A stretch of 64,000 nucleotides of DNA from Patescibacteria group bacterium (lineage in GTDB: Bacteria; Patescibacteriota; Minisyncoccia; Phycocordibacterales; CAIRYW01): positions 19,887 through 83,886 of the forward strand of contig JAZKAJ010000005.1 of the NCBI GenBank assembly GCA_040389185.1, written 5' to 3'. Positions within the stretch are counted from its first letter, which is position 1. The number at the start of each line of letters is the position of its first letter. Made by a program: the position numbers and the translations under genes. Under the pieces are notes generated by a model. That model was given only the letters and a program-made list of their open reading frames with translations, searched no databases and was not told where the DNA came from. Shown one piece after another: positions 53,971 through 63,040 of the stretch.

Positions 53971-54492
53971 CTATGAGTGAAGAATCGAGCAAAGAACTGA
54001 AGTCGGAATTTTTCCTCCACAACGATTTGCGATTACGAGCATTAGTTCCAAATCTTTGGCGGATATTTCCTTAGGCAGTGCTCCCACTAAAGCACCATTA
54101 ACAACATATCTTACCAAACTTACCATCGCTTTATCAGCAAGTGTCTGTAATGCTGTTCGCTCAGAATTAGTAACCGTAACTGAGAATCGGCTAACTCCCT
54201 CACCCAGTTTTGGACGCCCTCTTTTAGCCCCCTCCTGAACAGGGTTAGCCTCCAGAGGTGTCACAATCCGTTGCATTTTCCTAAAAATAAGAGCTCGTAT
54301 TTTGTGCTTACGAACATATTCTTCACTCCAAAAACATGTAGCAGTCCTTTCCGAAATCCCGACTTTTTTTGCCAAAGCAATTTGGGTAATGCCAGACTCC
54401 TTCAGCAATCTCATCACTCGCACCTGCTCTTCAGCTAATTCAGGTTTAATTTTCATTTCAATAATTGTTGTTGATTCAAAATCCTTATCCAA
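53971..54492 (-). CDS. HTH DNA-binding protein (173 aa), higher GC; possibly a transposase OrfA-like remnant.
   Basis: Helix-turn-helix LLKESGITQIALAKKVGISERTA near the N-terminus. No catalytic transposase domain is present. GC is elevated relative to the flanks. Confidence 0.45.
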   Translation of the reverse strand: MDKDFESTTIIEMKIKPELAEEQVRVMRLLKESGITQIALAKKVGISERTATCFWSEEYVRKHKIRALIFRKMQRIVTPLEANPVQEGAKRGRPKLGEGVSRFSVTVTNSERTALQTLADKAMVSLVRYVVNGALVGALPKEISAKDLELMLVIANRCGGKIPTSVLCSILHS

Positions 54493-54643
54493 GCTTCATA
54501 CTAATCACAAACCCACAGAACTCTATTTCCCAACACCTTATCTCCAAAAACCCAATAAAATTAATCCATATTATTATAAACTGACGAATATTTTAGTCGT
54601 CAATATTTGTAAATGGGAAGCAGATGTGTTAATATCGAAATAT

Positions 54644-55390
54644 ATGAAATTAACAAAAATACTATCAACATTTAATCTAACCAAAAAGGAACTCTCTATT
54701 TTTGAGACCATTCTCATGCTCAAAGAAGTTAGAGTTGGACGGCTTGCCAAAGAATGCTCTATTCCCCGCCAGACCCTATACTACATTTTAGATAAATTTC
54801 AGAATCTTGAACTTGTAACAGAGACAAGGATTGGCAGGGTCAAATTGTATCGAACATCAATCGAAATTATAGAGAAGGCGTTGAAGCTTCGACAGGAATC
54901 AATAATCAATGCGATTGAAGATTTTAAAATTGAAAAGAAAAAAATAAAATCAAAAGAAGTTGAAAATATTAATCCAAAGATTGCAATCTATAGAGGAAAG
55001 CCAGGTATCTCATACATCCTAAACGAGATGACCAAAACATATGAGAGAAGCAAATACAAAACTTTTCGAGCATATACAATGAGTCAGTTTAAAGAAGGTT
55101 TTGAAGAGGAGTTTAAAAAGTTTATCATTGCAAGAAACAAAGCAGGTGTGGAGTCTAAAATTTTTGTGCCGAAGCAAACGAACTTTGAGAATATTATGGG
55201 GTACAACAAGTTGGGGCGTGAGTTTAAAGTTTTGGACATGGAAGACTACGGCTGTGCTTTATATATTGTTGGTAACAAAACATACCTGGTGTCATACAGA
55301 GACAACGAAGGATTTATAATCGAGAATCAGAATCTTGCACTCTTTCTTAAAGAAATATTTGAGATACATTGGAAGAATATCAAAAATTAA
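54644..55390 (+). CDS. TrmB-like HTH transcriptional regulator (248 aa).
   Basis: The internal ATG at 54644 avoids overlap with 53971-54492. The N-terminal LSIFETILMLKEVRVGRLAKECSIPRQTLYYILDKF is a winged-helix of TrmB type. Confidence 0.5.
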   Translation: MKLTKILSTFNLTKKELSIFETILMLKEVRVGRLAKECSIPRQTLYYILDKFQNLELVTETRIGRVKLYRTSIEIIEKALKLRQESIINAIEDFKIEKKKIKSKEVENINPKIAIYRGKPGISYILNEMTKTYERSKYKTFRAYTMSQFKEGFEEEFKKFIIARNKAGVESKIFVPKQTNFENIMGYNKLGREFKVLDMEDYGCALYIVGNKTYLVSYRDNEGFIIENQNLALFLKEIFEIHWKNIKN

Positions 55391-55422
55391 ACAGCACCGC
55401 GCCTACGGCGCGATGCTGTTTG
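55390..55422 (+). terminator. GC-rich hairpin terminator (agcaccgcgcc-tac-ggcgcgatgct).
   Basis: Sister copy of the hairpin at 9908-9940. Confidence 0.55.
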
Positions 55423-55560
55423 TATTCCCTCACTACTCCACCCCTTACAACGCATCACTATTACTTATCCCAACTAAATCCATCCCGGTAGCAAAACCTT
55501 CACATCGCTTATATTGTGAAAAAATTTCCTTAGCTGGGTTTGCTACGGGACAGGTTTCAA

Positions 55561-56544
55561 CTACTTATCCCAGGTGAAACCGTTCCCAAAATGTCCGTAC
55601 TTTGCAGTCTCTCGGAATTGTGGTTTTCGAAGCCCGAGTAATTCGATAATTGCTTTTGGTTTCAAATCATATCCTTTTATCTCTTCTTGCATTCCATCAA
55701 TATCCACTACTGCCATAAGCGGCTCTGCAACACCAATTGCATACGCGATGTGTACGAACACCTCTTTTGCATCTCGCGCTTTCAAATAGTCACACGCAAT
55801 TCTTCGTGCCATATATGCTGCACTTCGATCAACTTTAGTTGCATCTTTTCCAGAAAAACATCCACCTCCAACAGGAATATTTGGTCCGTAGTTATCTACA
55901 GCAAGCTTTCGCCCTGTAAGTCCCGTGTCCGCAGTGAATCCTCCAATAGTCCATTCTCCGTTCGGATTTTGCATCCAAACCTTTTGTAACTCTTCCCAAG
56001 TTCCATTGAAATGCGGAAGGATTTCTTCTTTCATACACTTCTCAAGAGTCACATCAGACTGATCTCCTGATGTACAAAGTGAAGTGAGAACTTTGACCAC
56101 CTTCCCGTCATTTACCGTCACCTGACTTTTTCCATCGTGTCGTCCCATAGCCTTTGCAAGCTTTCGCGCGAGCACAACTTCAAGAGGAAGCATTTCTGGA
56201 GTCTCATTACATGCATAGCCCACCATAATCCCCTGATCTCCTGCCCCATCTTGATCAACTCCGTGACCGATTTCTGGACTTTGTTCTACCACGTTCACAT
56301 TCACCCCTATTGAGTCATTGTTGCCACAATCTCGGTATACATCCTGGGCGATCTGTCGCATATTTACATATGTCTTTGTAGTGAGTTCTCCTGTGATTGA
56401 TATGATCCCATGTCCACCCATAGTTTCGATAGCTACTCGGCTTGCAGGATCGTCCTTGAGACATGCATCTAAGATTGCATCTGATATCTGGTCACAGATC
56501 TTGTCTGGATGACCTACTGCTACGGCTTCTGCTGTTCTTAACAT
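55561..56544 (-). CDS. metK: S-adenosylmethionine synthetase.
   Basis: 327-aa ORF with GHPDKICDQISD, GAGDQG and GGGCFSGKD signatures. It is shorter than typical MetK. Confidence 0.9.
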   Translation of the reverse strand: MLRTAEAVAVGHPDKICDQISDAILDACLKDDPASRVAIETMGGHGIISITGELTTKTYVNMRQIAQDVYRDCGNNDSIGVNVNVVEQSPEIGHGVDQDGAGDQGIMVGYACNETPEMLPLEVVLARKLAKAMGRHDGKSQVTVNDGKVVKVLTSLCTSGDQSDVTLEKCMKEEILPHFNGTWEELQKVWMQNPNGEWTIGGFTADTGLTGRKLAVDNYGPNIPVGGGCFSGKDATKVDRSAAYMARRIACDYLKARDAKEVFVHIAYAIGVAEPLMAVVDIDGMQEEIKGYDLKPKAIIELLGLRKPQFRETAKYGHFGNGFTWDK

Positions 56545-56586
56545 AAATTTATTAAATGATTAATAATGAATAATTAAATACAGATA

Positions 56587-56765
56587 GTAAAAATCTTTCC
56601 CAAAGAGGAAAGATTTTTACTGAAATTATCTTTCCCTGCCCTTGTGAGATTCTTTTGAATCGCAACTAGGGCCGTGAGGGTTGGGAGCACTTTATAAGCC
56701 AAAGGGCGAACAAGTTGCTGTGCGGATCAATGGGCCAATTCCCTCCCCGCTCTCTTGATACTATT
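56587..56765 (-). ncRNA. SAM-I (S-box) riboswitch with a terminator/antiterminator expression platform in the metK leader.
   Basis: The minus-strand RNA AUCAAGAGAGCGGGGAGGGAAUUGGCCCAUUGAUCCGCACAGCAAC matches the SAM-I core (AUCAAGAGAGGUGGAGGGACUGGCCCGAUGAAACCCGGCAACC in B. subtilis yitJ). It is followed by a GUAAAAAUCUUUCC...GGAAAGAUUUUUAC terminator with an alternative GGGAAAGAU antiterminator strand. Confidence 0.78.
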
Positions 56766-56791
56766 CGATTGTGATACTATTATACTCACAT

Positions 56792-57175
56792 ATGGACAAA
56801 ATTCAAACTACAAAAAAAGTGCTTGTTTTTGGTACTTTTGATCTTCTTCATCCGGGGCACTTTTATTTCTTAAACGAAGCTAAAAAGCTAGGAGAGCTTT
56901 ACGTATCAGTTTCCTCAGATGAAAGTGCAATACAGAGAAAAGGTAAAAATCCAATTCACAACATGACAGAGAGAGTAGGAGCGATCAAAAAATTAAATAT
57001 TGCGGTGGATGTTTTGGAAGGAGACAAGACCCTTAACGAATGGTCTGTACTCAAAATAGTTAATCCGGATATTATTGTACTAGGACATGATCAATATGGA
57101 CTGAAGACTGCTTTGCTAGACATTCAAAGTAAATACAGATTCGATATCAAAGTAATGAATAAATATGAAAAATAA
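56792..57175 (+). CDS. Cytidylyltransferase-like nucleotidyltransferase (RibL/FAD synthetase-like).
   Basis: ORF of about 127 aa with a GTFDLLHPGH (HxGH) motif. Confidence 0.65.
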   Translation: MDKIQTTKKVLVFGTFDLLHPGHFYFLNEAKKLGELYVSVSSDESAIQRKGKNPIHNMTERVGAIKKLNIAVDVLEGDKTLNEWSVLKIVNPDIIVLGHDQYGLKTALLDIQSKYRFDIKVMNKYEK

Positions 57176-57635
57176 ATCAAAAATAATAAATCAAAAATCA
57201 AGAATTTGTGTTTATTGTACTATCCCTGAAATAAAGGCTCGTACTATCGTAGAAAATAAACTCGCTTGGGCTTTCCCTACTAATATCCCGATTGTCCCAG
57301 GACACATTCTTATTTCACCTAAACGATGTGTGGCCAAGTTTGAAGATATGACAAAGAAGGAAGTTGAAGCTGTTTTTAATTTGCTTTACAAATTAAAAAC
57401 AACTTTGAAGGTCTCGTTCAAAGCGACCGGCTTTAACTATGCTTGGAATGAAGGAGAGCTCGCTGGTCAATCTGTCCCCCACTTTCACCTCCACGTTTTA
57501 CCACGTAAGGCAGGAGATACTGGAATCACAAAATATGAACCTCGGGAATTTTTATACAGGCCAGGCAGTCGTGAAGCATCCCCAGAAAAGGAACTTTTAA
57601 AAGTGACAAAGCTTATTAAAAATAATTTGAAATAA
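57165..57635 (+). CDS. HIT family hydrolase.
   Basis: 156-aa ORF with the histidine triad HFHLHVLPR. Confidence 0.85.
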   Translation: MKNKSKIINQKSRICVYCTIPEIKARTIVENKLAWAFPTNIPIVPGHILISPKRCVAKFEDMTKKEVEAVFNLLYKLKTTLKVSFKATGFNYAWNEGELAGQSVPHFHLHVLPRKAGDTGITKYEPREFLYRPGSREASPEKELLKVTKLIKNNLK

Positions 57636-57636
57636 T

Positions 57637-58182
57637 ATGGCTCAGGAAATAGAAACAAAAGTATTAGATATTCACAAAGATCATATCATTTCAAAGTTAA
57701 AAGATCTGGGAGCAAAAGAAAAAGGAGCAAGGACCAAACTTACTGTCGATTGGTTTAGAAAAATAGGTATTACTGAAGGCCAAGATCCGTGGTATCTCAG
57801 AATTCGATCTTACGACGACAATAAACACGAGGTGACATGGAAAGCAAAATCAGTTATAGAGGGCAATATCAGAAAGCATAAAGAAATTAATTTTATGATC
57901 GAAGAGCCAAAACAACTCAAGGATTTATTTGAAGAGATCGAACTTGAAAATTATGCCCACCAAGAAAAATATCGCACGTCTTTTACTCTTAAAGACTGGC
58001 AATTTGATATAGACGAATATCCAGGCATGCCTGCATTTATTGAGATTGAAGGTCAAAGTGAAGAACACATAAACGAGGCGATGGAACTACTTGATATTAA
58101 AGATAACAAAACTTGGACAGACGGTGAAAGAACTTTGGTTCAGGATGTTTATGGTCTTGATTGGTACAAAATGAAATTCTAA
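57637..58182 (+). CDS. CYTH domain protein (triphosphate tunnel metalloenzyme; CyaB/ThTPase-like).
   Basis: 181-aa ORF with an N-terminal EIETKVL (ExExK) motif and length typical of CYTH. Confidence 0.7.
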   Translation: MAQEIETKVLDIHKDHIISKLKDLGAKEKGARTKLTVDWFRKIGITEGQDPWYLRIRSYDDNKHEVTWKAKSVIEGNIRKHKEINFMIEEPKQLKDLFEEIELENYAHQEKYRTSFTLKDWQFDIDEYPGMPAFIEIEGQSEEHINEAMELLDIKDNKTWTDGERTLVQDVYGLDWYKMKF

Positions 58183-58772
58183 TGAATTACCTCGATCCAA
58201 AATTTATCATTGAAGCATTGGGACTTGTGGGAATATTTTCTCTTATATTTGCTGAGTCAGGGCTTTTCTTTGGATTCTTTCTTCCTGGGGACACACTTCT
58301 CTTTACCGCGGGACTGCTCGCCTCACAAAATCTCTTATCTCTCCCTCCTCTCCTTGTTGGAGGAATCTTGTTTGCAATTCTCGGAGATAATGTGGGATAT
58401 TTGTTTGGCAAAAAGATAGGACCGAAACTATTTACTAGAGAACACTCTTTTTTTTGGAACAAAGATCACATAGAAAAGTCACATAAATTCTTTGAAAAAT
58501 ACGGTAAAAAGGCGATCATTCTCGCACGATTTATGCCTATCGTGCGAACATTTACCCCAATCCTTGCCGGAGTTGGAACTATGGAATATAAGACATTTCT
58601 TCGATACAATATTGTAGGAGGAATATTATGGGTTTCTGGACTTACTTTGTGTGGATATTTCTTTGGCAAAATAATACCGGATCCAGATAAATACTTACTC
58701 CCTATCATATTACTCATCACAATAGTTTCTCTACTTCCTGCATTAAAAGAATTTATAAATAGAAAGAAATAA
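58182..58772 (+). CDS. DedA family membrane protein.
   Basis: The ATG at 58182 overlaps the upstream stop (TAATG). FAESGLFFGFFLPGDTLLFTAGLLA is the DedA core. Confidence 0.82.
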   Translation: MNYLDPKFIIEALGLVGIFSLIFAESGLFFGFFLPGDTLLFTAGLLASQNLLSLPPLLVGGILFAILGDNVGYLFGKKIGPKLFTREHSFFWNKDHIEKSHKFFEKYGKKAIILARFMPIVRTFTPILAGVGTMEYKTFLRYNIVGGILWVSGLTLCGYFFGKIIPDPDKYLLPIILLITIVSLLPALKEFINRKK

Positions 58773-58773
58773 T

Positions 58774-59274
58774 ATGGATACATTAAAAAATATAGTCGGT
58801 GAATTCAAGGCATTTGCAATGCGAGGAAATGTGATCGACCTTGCTGTGGGTGTTATTGTCGGGGGGGCATTCGGCAAGATCACCACTTCACTCGTAACCG
58901 ATATCTTCAATCCGATCCTTGGTATCATTGTTGGTAAAATAGATTTTGCCAACCTTTTCTTTGCACTCGATTTCAAAAGTTATCCTACAGTAGAAGCGGC
59001 AAAAGCAGCAGGAGTAACGACAATAAACTATGGACTATTCATAAACGCTGTCATCGATTTCCTTCTCGTTTCCTTTGCGGTATTTATTATGATCCGCGAG
59101 ATCAACAAATTAAAGCGACGAGAAGATCAGAAAGGAACAACAGAAGATCCAGACACAAAGAAATGTCCTTATTGTGTATCGACCGTCTCAGTATGCGCTA
59201 CTAAGTGCCCGTTCTGTACAAGTGAGTTACCTCAAGATCCAAAGGAAGAAAAACAAGACAAATTAAACAAATAA
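58774..59274 (+). CDS. mscL: Large-conductance mechanosensitive channel MscL with a C-terminal Cys4 zinc-ribbon extension.
   Basis: The N-terminus EFKAFAMRGNVIDLAVGVIVGGAFGKI is MscL. The C-terminal 35 aa read CPYCVSTVSVCATKCPFCTSEL. Confidence 0.85.
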   Translation: MDTLKNIVGEFKAFAMRGNVIDLAVGVIVGGAFGKITTSLVTDIFNPILGIIVGKIDFANLFFALDFKSYPTVEAAKAAGVTTINYGLFINAVIDFLLVSFAVFIMIREINKLKRREDQKGTTEDPDTKKCPYCVSTVSVCATKCPFCTSELPQDPKEEKQDKLNK

Positions 59275-59312
59275 AAAAACGGCTCACCTTTGGGTGTGCC
59301 GTTTTTTTATTT
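59275..59312 (+). terminator. Intrinsic terminator (acggctcacc-tttg-ggtgtgccgt plus T7).
   Basis: Hairpin plus T-run after mscL. It has the loop flavour of the cacc-ttt-ggtg family. Confidence 0.55.
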
Positions 59313-59976
59313 ATTTTTGAACAATTCTTCCATCATCAAGCCTTACGATTCTCTCAGCCATTCTACCGTATTCTTCTTCGTGAGTAACCATAATAATAGT
59401 TTGTCCTGCTTTGTGAAGTTCTTTGAATATTTCCATTACCTTGTTTGAAGATTCGTGATCAAGGTTTGCAGTTGGTTCATCGGCAAACAGGATTTTTGGC
59501 TTATGTGCTACCGCTCGAGAAATGGAAACCCGCTGCTGTTCACCTCCCGAAAGCTGACTCGGAAGACTATTTATTTTTTTACCAAGTCCAATTCGCTCGA
59601 GCGAAGCTGTCGCCATCTCATAAGCTTTCGCTTTTGAAAGTTTCTGCATAAGAAGAGGTAGAGCGACGTTCTCAAGAGCGGTCAAATCTGGAAGAAGAGC
59701 GTAATCTTGGAAAACATATCCGAGCTCATTCAAACGGAACTGTCCCTTCTCGTCTTGAGTCATTCCTTTCGTATTTACATCATTCAATATTATTTCTCCA
59801 GCCGTAGGCTCATCCAATAGAGACATCTGATACATAAACGTCGACTTTCCTGCTCCACTTCTACCCATGATCGCAATAAACTCCCCACTCTCAGCCCGAA
59901 AATCAATACCCTTCAACACCGTAGTCTGTTTATCTCCGTCTATAAATGTTTTTACCAATCCTTTAGTTTGTATCAT
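59311..59976 (-). CDS. ABC transporter ATP-binding protein (MacB/LolD-type).
   Basis: 221-aa ORF with Walker [10 protein letters not shown], signature LSGGEQQR and Walker B ILFADEPT. Confidence 0.9.
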   Translation of the reverse strand: MIQTKGLVKTFIDGDKQTTVLKGIDFRAESGEFIAIMGRSGAGKSTFMYQMSLLDEPTAGEIILNDVNTKGMTQDEKGQFRLNELGYVFQDYALLPDLTALENVALPLLMQKLSKAKAYEMATASLERIGLGKKINSLPSQLSGGEQQRVSISRAVAHKPKILFADEPTANLDHESSNKVMEIFKELHKAGQTIIMVTHEEEYGRMAERIVRLDDGRIVQK

Positions 59977-59986
59977 ATAGTTTAAA

Positions 59987-61228
59987 TTATCTTCCTAAGA
60001 TAGCATCGAGTGTATTCTTACGAACGATCATTCTCGCTGGAATGTATCCTGCAATGAGTGTTGCAAAAATAAGAAGTCCTATTCGAATACTTGTCCCCGA
60101 TACTGTCGCCACGAGTATTCCATCACTAAATGGGAAATCAATAGGGTGCGCATCAATAAATGGAACCAAGAATCCATAGAGGATCAAAAGCCCAATGAAT
60201 GATCCGCAGATTGCATAGAACATCGACTGGAATACGTATGATATTTCGATAACATTTCCATGAATTCCAATCCCCTTCATAATACCGATGAATTTTCTAC
60301 GAGTGATCGCATTGATAAAGATCACAATAAATATTGTGATTGATGCCACAACAAGTCCAATGGAACTTATCATATTACCCAAAAGTGCGAATGTATCTTT
60401 GATGTCTTTGAGGAATTTTGGCTGAGCATCTTCGTATGTTTGAATCTTTGCATATTTATTTGCCCCCGCTTTTATCAAAGCCTCTTTTACAACGATCGGA
60501 TCTGCCCCATCCTTGAGCTTGATCGCAATATCATCAACATTATAGTCATCTCGCCCGATAAGCTCTCGAAGTTGTTTTTCAGGTAAATAGACGCGAGTAC
60601 TCACTTCGTTAACCTTACTCTTCACAATCCCCTTCACAGTCATTTCTCTTGTAATACCATTTACTGTAATACGAATTTTGTCTCCCGCCTTTACATTAAG
60701 TGCGGTAAATCCCGCCGCTTCAACCGGACTGTATTTTTTTACAAATAATGAACCAATCATCACCTGATCAAAGTCATCAGCATTCAAATAACTTCCTTCA
60801 ACAACAAATTTAGATATTCCAGTTAGTTTATTTTCTGTATCCGGATCAATACCTGTAAAGACAACACCGGACACCTCTTTGTCTGTGACTTTTGTATTTT
60901 CTTTGAAATTCGCTTCAATTGTCCCTGCTTCAGAGTATCGTGGAGAATACATCTCCATCTCTGGCAATGATTTGATCATTTCTATAATATTACTCGTATT
61001 TTCGATATACTCTTTTTTGTCCGGAGTACTGAGGAGTACATCGCTCGTATAGTACTGCCTCTCAGCTTTAATAGATGATTCAATAAGTCCCACAAGCACA
61101 CCTGACACAACAGTAAGATTCAGAAATGTAAGCACCATCACAAAAATAATAAGACCCGTAGTCCACTTGCTTGCACGTCTGACTTGCCTATTGGCCAAGA
61201 AAAATCCAATTTTGATATGGTCCATCAT
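59987..61228 (-). CDS. ABC transporter permease, FtsX/MacB-type (four-TM helix plus periplasmic domain).
   Basis: 413-aa ORF with an N-terminal transmembrane helix, a large extracytoplasmic domain and three C-terminal transmembrane helices. Confidence 0.82.
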   Translation of the reverse strand: MMDHIKIGFFLANRQVRRASKWTTGLIIFVMVLTFLNLTVVSGVLVGLIESSIKAERQYYTSDVLLSTPDKKEYIENTSNIIEMIKSLPEMEMYSPRYSEAGTIEANFKENTKVTDKEVSGVVFTGIDPDTENKLTGISKFVVEGSYLNADDFDQVMIGSLFVKKYSPVEAAGFTALNVKAGDKIRITVNGITREMTVKGIVKSKVNEVSTRVYLPEKQLRELIGRDDYNVDDIAIKLKDGADPIVVKEALIKAGANKYAKIQTYEDAQPKFLKDIKDTFALLGNMISSIGLVVASITIFIVIFINAITRRKFIGIMKGIGIHGNVIEISYVFQSMFYAICGSFIGLLILYGFLVPFIDAHPIDFPFSDGILVATVSGTSIRIGLLIFATLIAGYIPARMIVRKNTLDAILGR

Positions 61229-61249
61229 AATAATTAATTTGATTAGAAC

Positions 61250-61402
61250 TTACGCATTCGCAAAATTTCTAAATATTTTTGAAACAGGATTCGCAGGCGT
61301 ATGAAATATACGACGGAGAATCATGTTGAAAAAAGATGACGAAATTTTGCGAACCTGCAAGGCGAATGAAAATGCCTGATAATATTTGTTGTTCATTTTC
61401 AT
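61250..61402 (-). CDS. Candidate 50-aa basic small ORF between the adaptor and permease genes.
   Basis: The translation is MKMNNKYYQAFSFALQVRKISSSFFNMILRRIFHTPANPVSKIFRNFANA. It begins 12 nt after the adaptor stop. The DNA contains inverted repeats (attcgcaaaattt / aaattttgcgaa), so a regulatory RNA is an alternative. Confidence 0.25.
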   Translation of the reverse strand: MKMNNKYYQAFSFALQVRKISSSFFNMILRRIFHTPANPVSKIFRNFANA

Positions 61403-61414
61403 GAGTGAGTAGTT

Positions 61415-62866
61415 CTAATTTGTTGGAGGGTTAAGAAGAATAATATCTCCCTCATTAAGACCACTTAATACTTCCACATTTCCTTTTCCATCTTTAATTC
61501 CTAAATTCACTTCTGTTTTGACTGGATTGTCTTTTGTTTTGAGATAAACATAATATTTGTCTGCATCTGTCACAATTGATCTCTCACCAACAGAAATAAT
61601 TCCACTTTTCTTTTGTGTTTCGATAGTTACATCTCCTGTAAGGCCTGAAATAATTCGAGGGTCAGCTGTTACAAAATTTAATTCTAATTTGTAATTTGAC
61701 ACCCCATCTTTGAGAGTCTCTGCTGGATCAATATGTGTTACCACCGCATCGAAAGATGCATCAGGATACGCATCGAGAGTCACCTTTGCTTTGTTTCCCA
61801 GATTAACACCAGGGATACTTATCTCTGGAATATACACTTCTACTTGAAGTCCACTACTTATGAGAGCAGATACTTTTGTATGCGCAGCAACAGACTCACC
61901 CACCTTTGCATCTTGGAGAGAAAGCGTCCCATCAAATGGCGCATAGATGATCGTCTTTGCGATCTGTGCATCATAAGTTCTTACATTGGCTTCCTTGGAC
62001 GATACCTTGGCTTGCTGTATTGATATATCTGAAACAGATCCGCGAAGCTTATCCTCGTAAGTTGTGAGATCAGAAAGAGTCGTATTAATATTTGATCTCG
62101 CGAGTGCCACATCAGCTCTGTATTCTGAGATCATTGAGTTTGTTAAAACATTTGATTCCTCAAATGAATTCACTGCAGGCGCAACAATATCAAGAAACAT
62201 CTTTACTTTCTGAATATATTTCTTCGCATCTGTAAGTTTTTGATTGGAGTAATTATTTACATTGAGAGAGTTGGCCAATATGCCAAAATTTTGAAGATCT
62301 GTCTCGATCTGCTCTCTGCTATCATTTATTTTTGTCTTAGTACTGAAATAATCGTAAAAAGTATATTTTATTTCGGGACCGGTACGCGGATTCTCAAAGA
62401 ATTGATCAACTTTGTTATGAACAGCATCATCCGCTGTCGTATAGGCATCAGCTATCGCGTTTATCGCCTGTTCTTTGTTTATGGATACATCTGAACTTGA
62501 CTCATTGTTTGTGATTCTCGAGAGTTCTGCTTTTGCACCCTCCAAGTCCGCTTCTGCGACATCTCGTTGTGCTATGAGGTCAGATGAGTTGAGGGCCGCT
62601 ATCATTTCACCACTTCTTACCTTGTCACCTACATTTTTGTAAACAGCGGCAACAGTACCGCCTGTTTCAAATGACAGATCAACATTATTCACCGCAATCA
62701 CCTTACCTGATACGCTCACAACCTTTGTAAAGTCACCCTTTGAAATACTCACCGTCTCACTTGCTCCTGATTTACCCTTAAATACCAATACAGAAATGAT
62801 AATAACAAGGGCGACAATCACTAAAATACCCACTTTGCTTTTGAGGAATGTTTTTATTTTTTGCAT
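61415..62866 (-). CDS. Periplasmic adaptor (HlyD/MacA-type membrane fusion protein) with an extended coiled coil.
   Basis: 483-aa ORF with an N-terminal transmembrane anchor, a biotinyl/lipoyl-like half-domain, a long alpha-hairpin and a C-terminal beta-barrel. Confidence 0.78.
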   Translation of the reverse strand: MQKIKTFLKSKVGILVIVALVIIISVLVFKGKSGASETVSISKGDFTKVVSVSGKVIAVNNVDLSFETGGTVAAVYKNVGDKVRSGEMIAALNSSDLIAQRDVAEADLEGAKAELSRITNNESSSDVSINKEQAINAIADAYTTADDAVHNKVDQFFENPRTGPEIKYTFYDYFSTKTKINDSREQIETDLQNFGILANSLNVNNYSNQKLTDAKKYIQKVKMFLDIVAPAVNSFEESNVLTNSMISEYRADVALARSNINTTLSDLTTYEDKLRGSVSDISIQQAKVSSKEANVRTYDAQIAKTIIYAPFDGTLSLQDAKVGESVAAHTKVSALISSGLQVEVYIPEISIPGVNLGNKAKVTLDAYPDASFDAVVTHIDPAETLKDGVSNYKLELNFVTADPRIISGLTGDVTIETQKKSGIISVGERSIVTDADKYYVYLKTKDNPVKTEVNLGIKDGKGNVEVLSGLNEGDIILLNPPTN

Positions 62867-63040
62867 AGCCGTAATTATACCAAAAAACTTTGCTTTTTGC
62901 TATCTTTTATGCTTTAATGTTCCTTGTCCGCAGAGGCGGATTTTTTGTTTATCTCGTAGTATGTTTGGTCAAGAATACCGAACATAGTGCAAGGTAAATT
63001 TAAAAAACACTTATTATTCAACAGTTAATTGATTAAGTTT

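Noticed and set aside
54302-54643. 5' part of the long ORF 54302-55390.
   Set aside because: It overlaps the 53971-54492 HTH gene on the opposite strand. The TrmB-like winged helix begins after the internal ATG at 54644.
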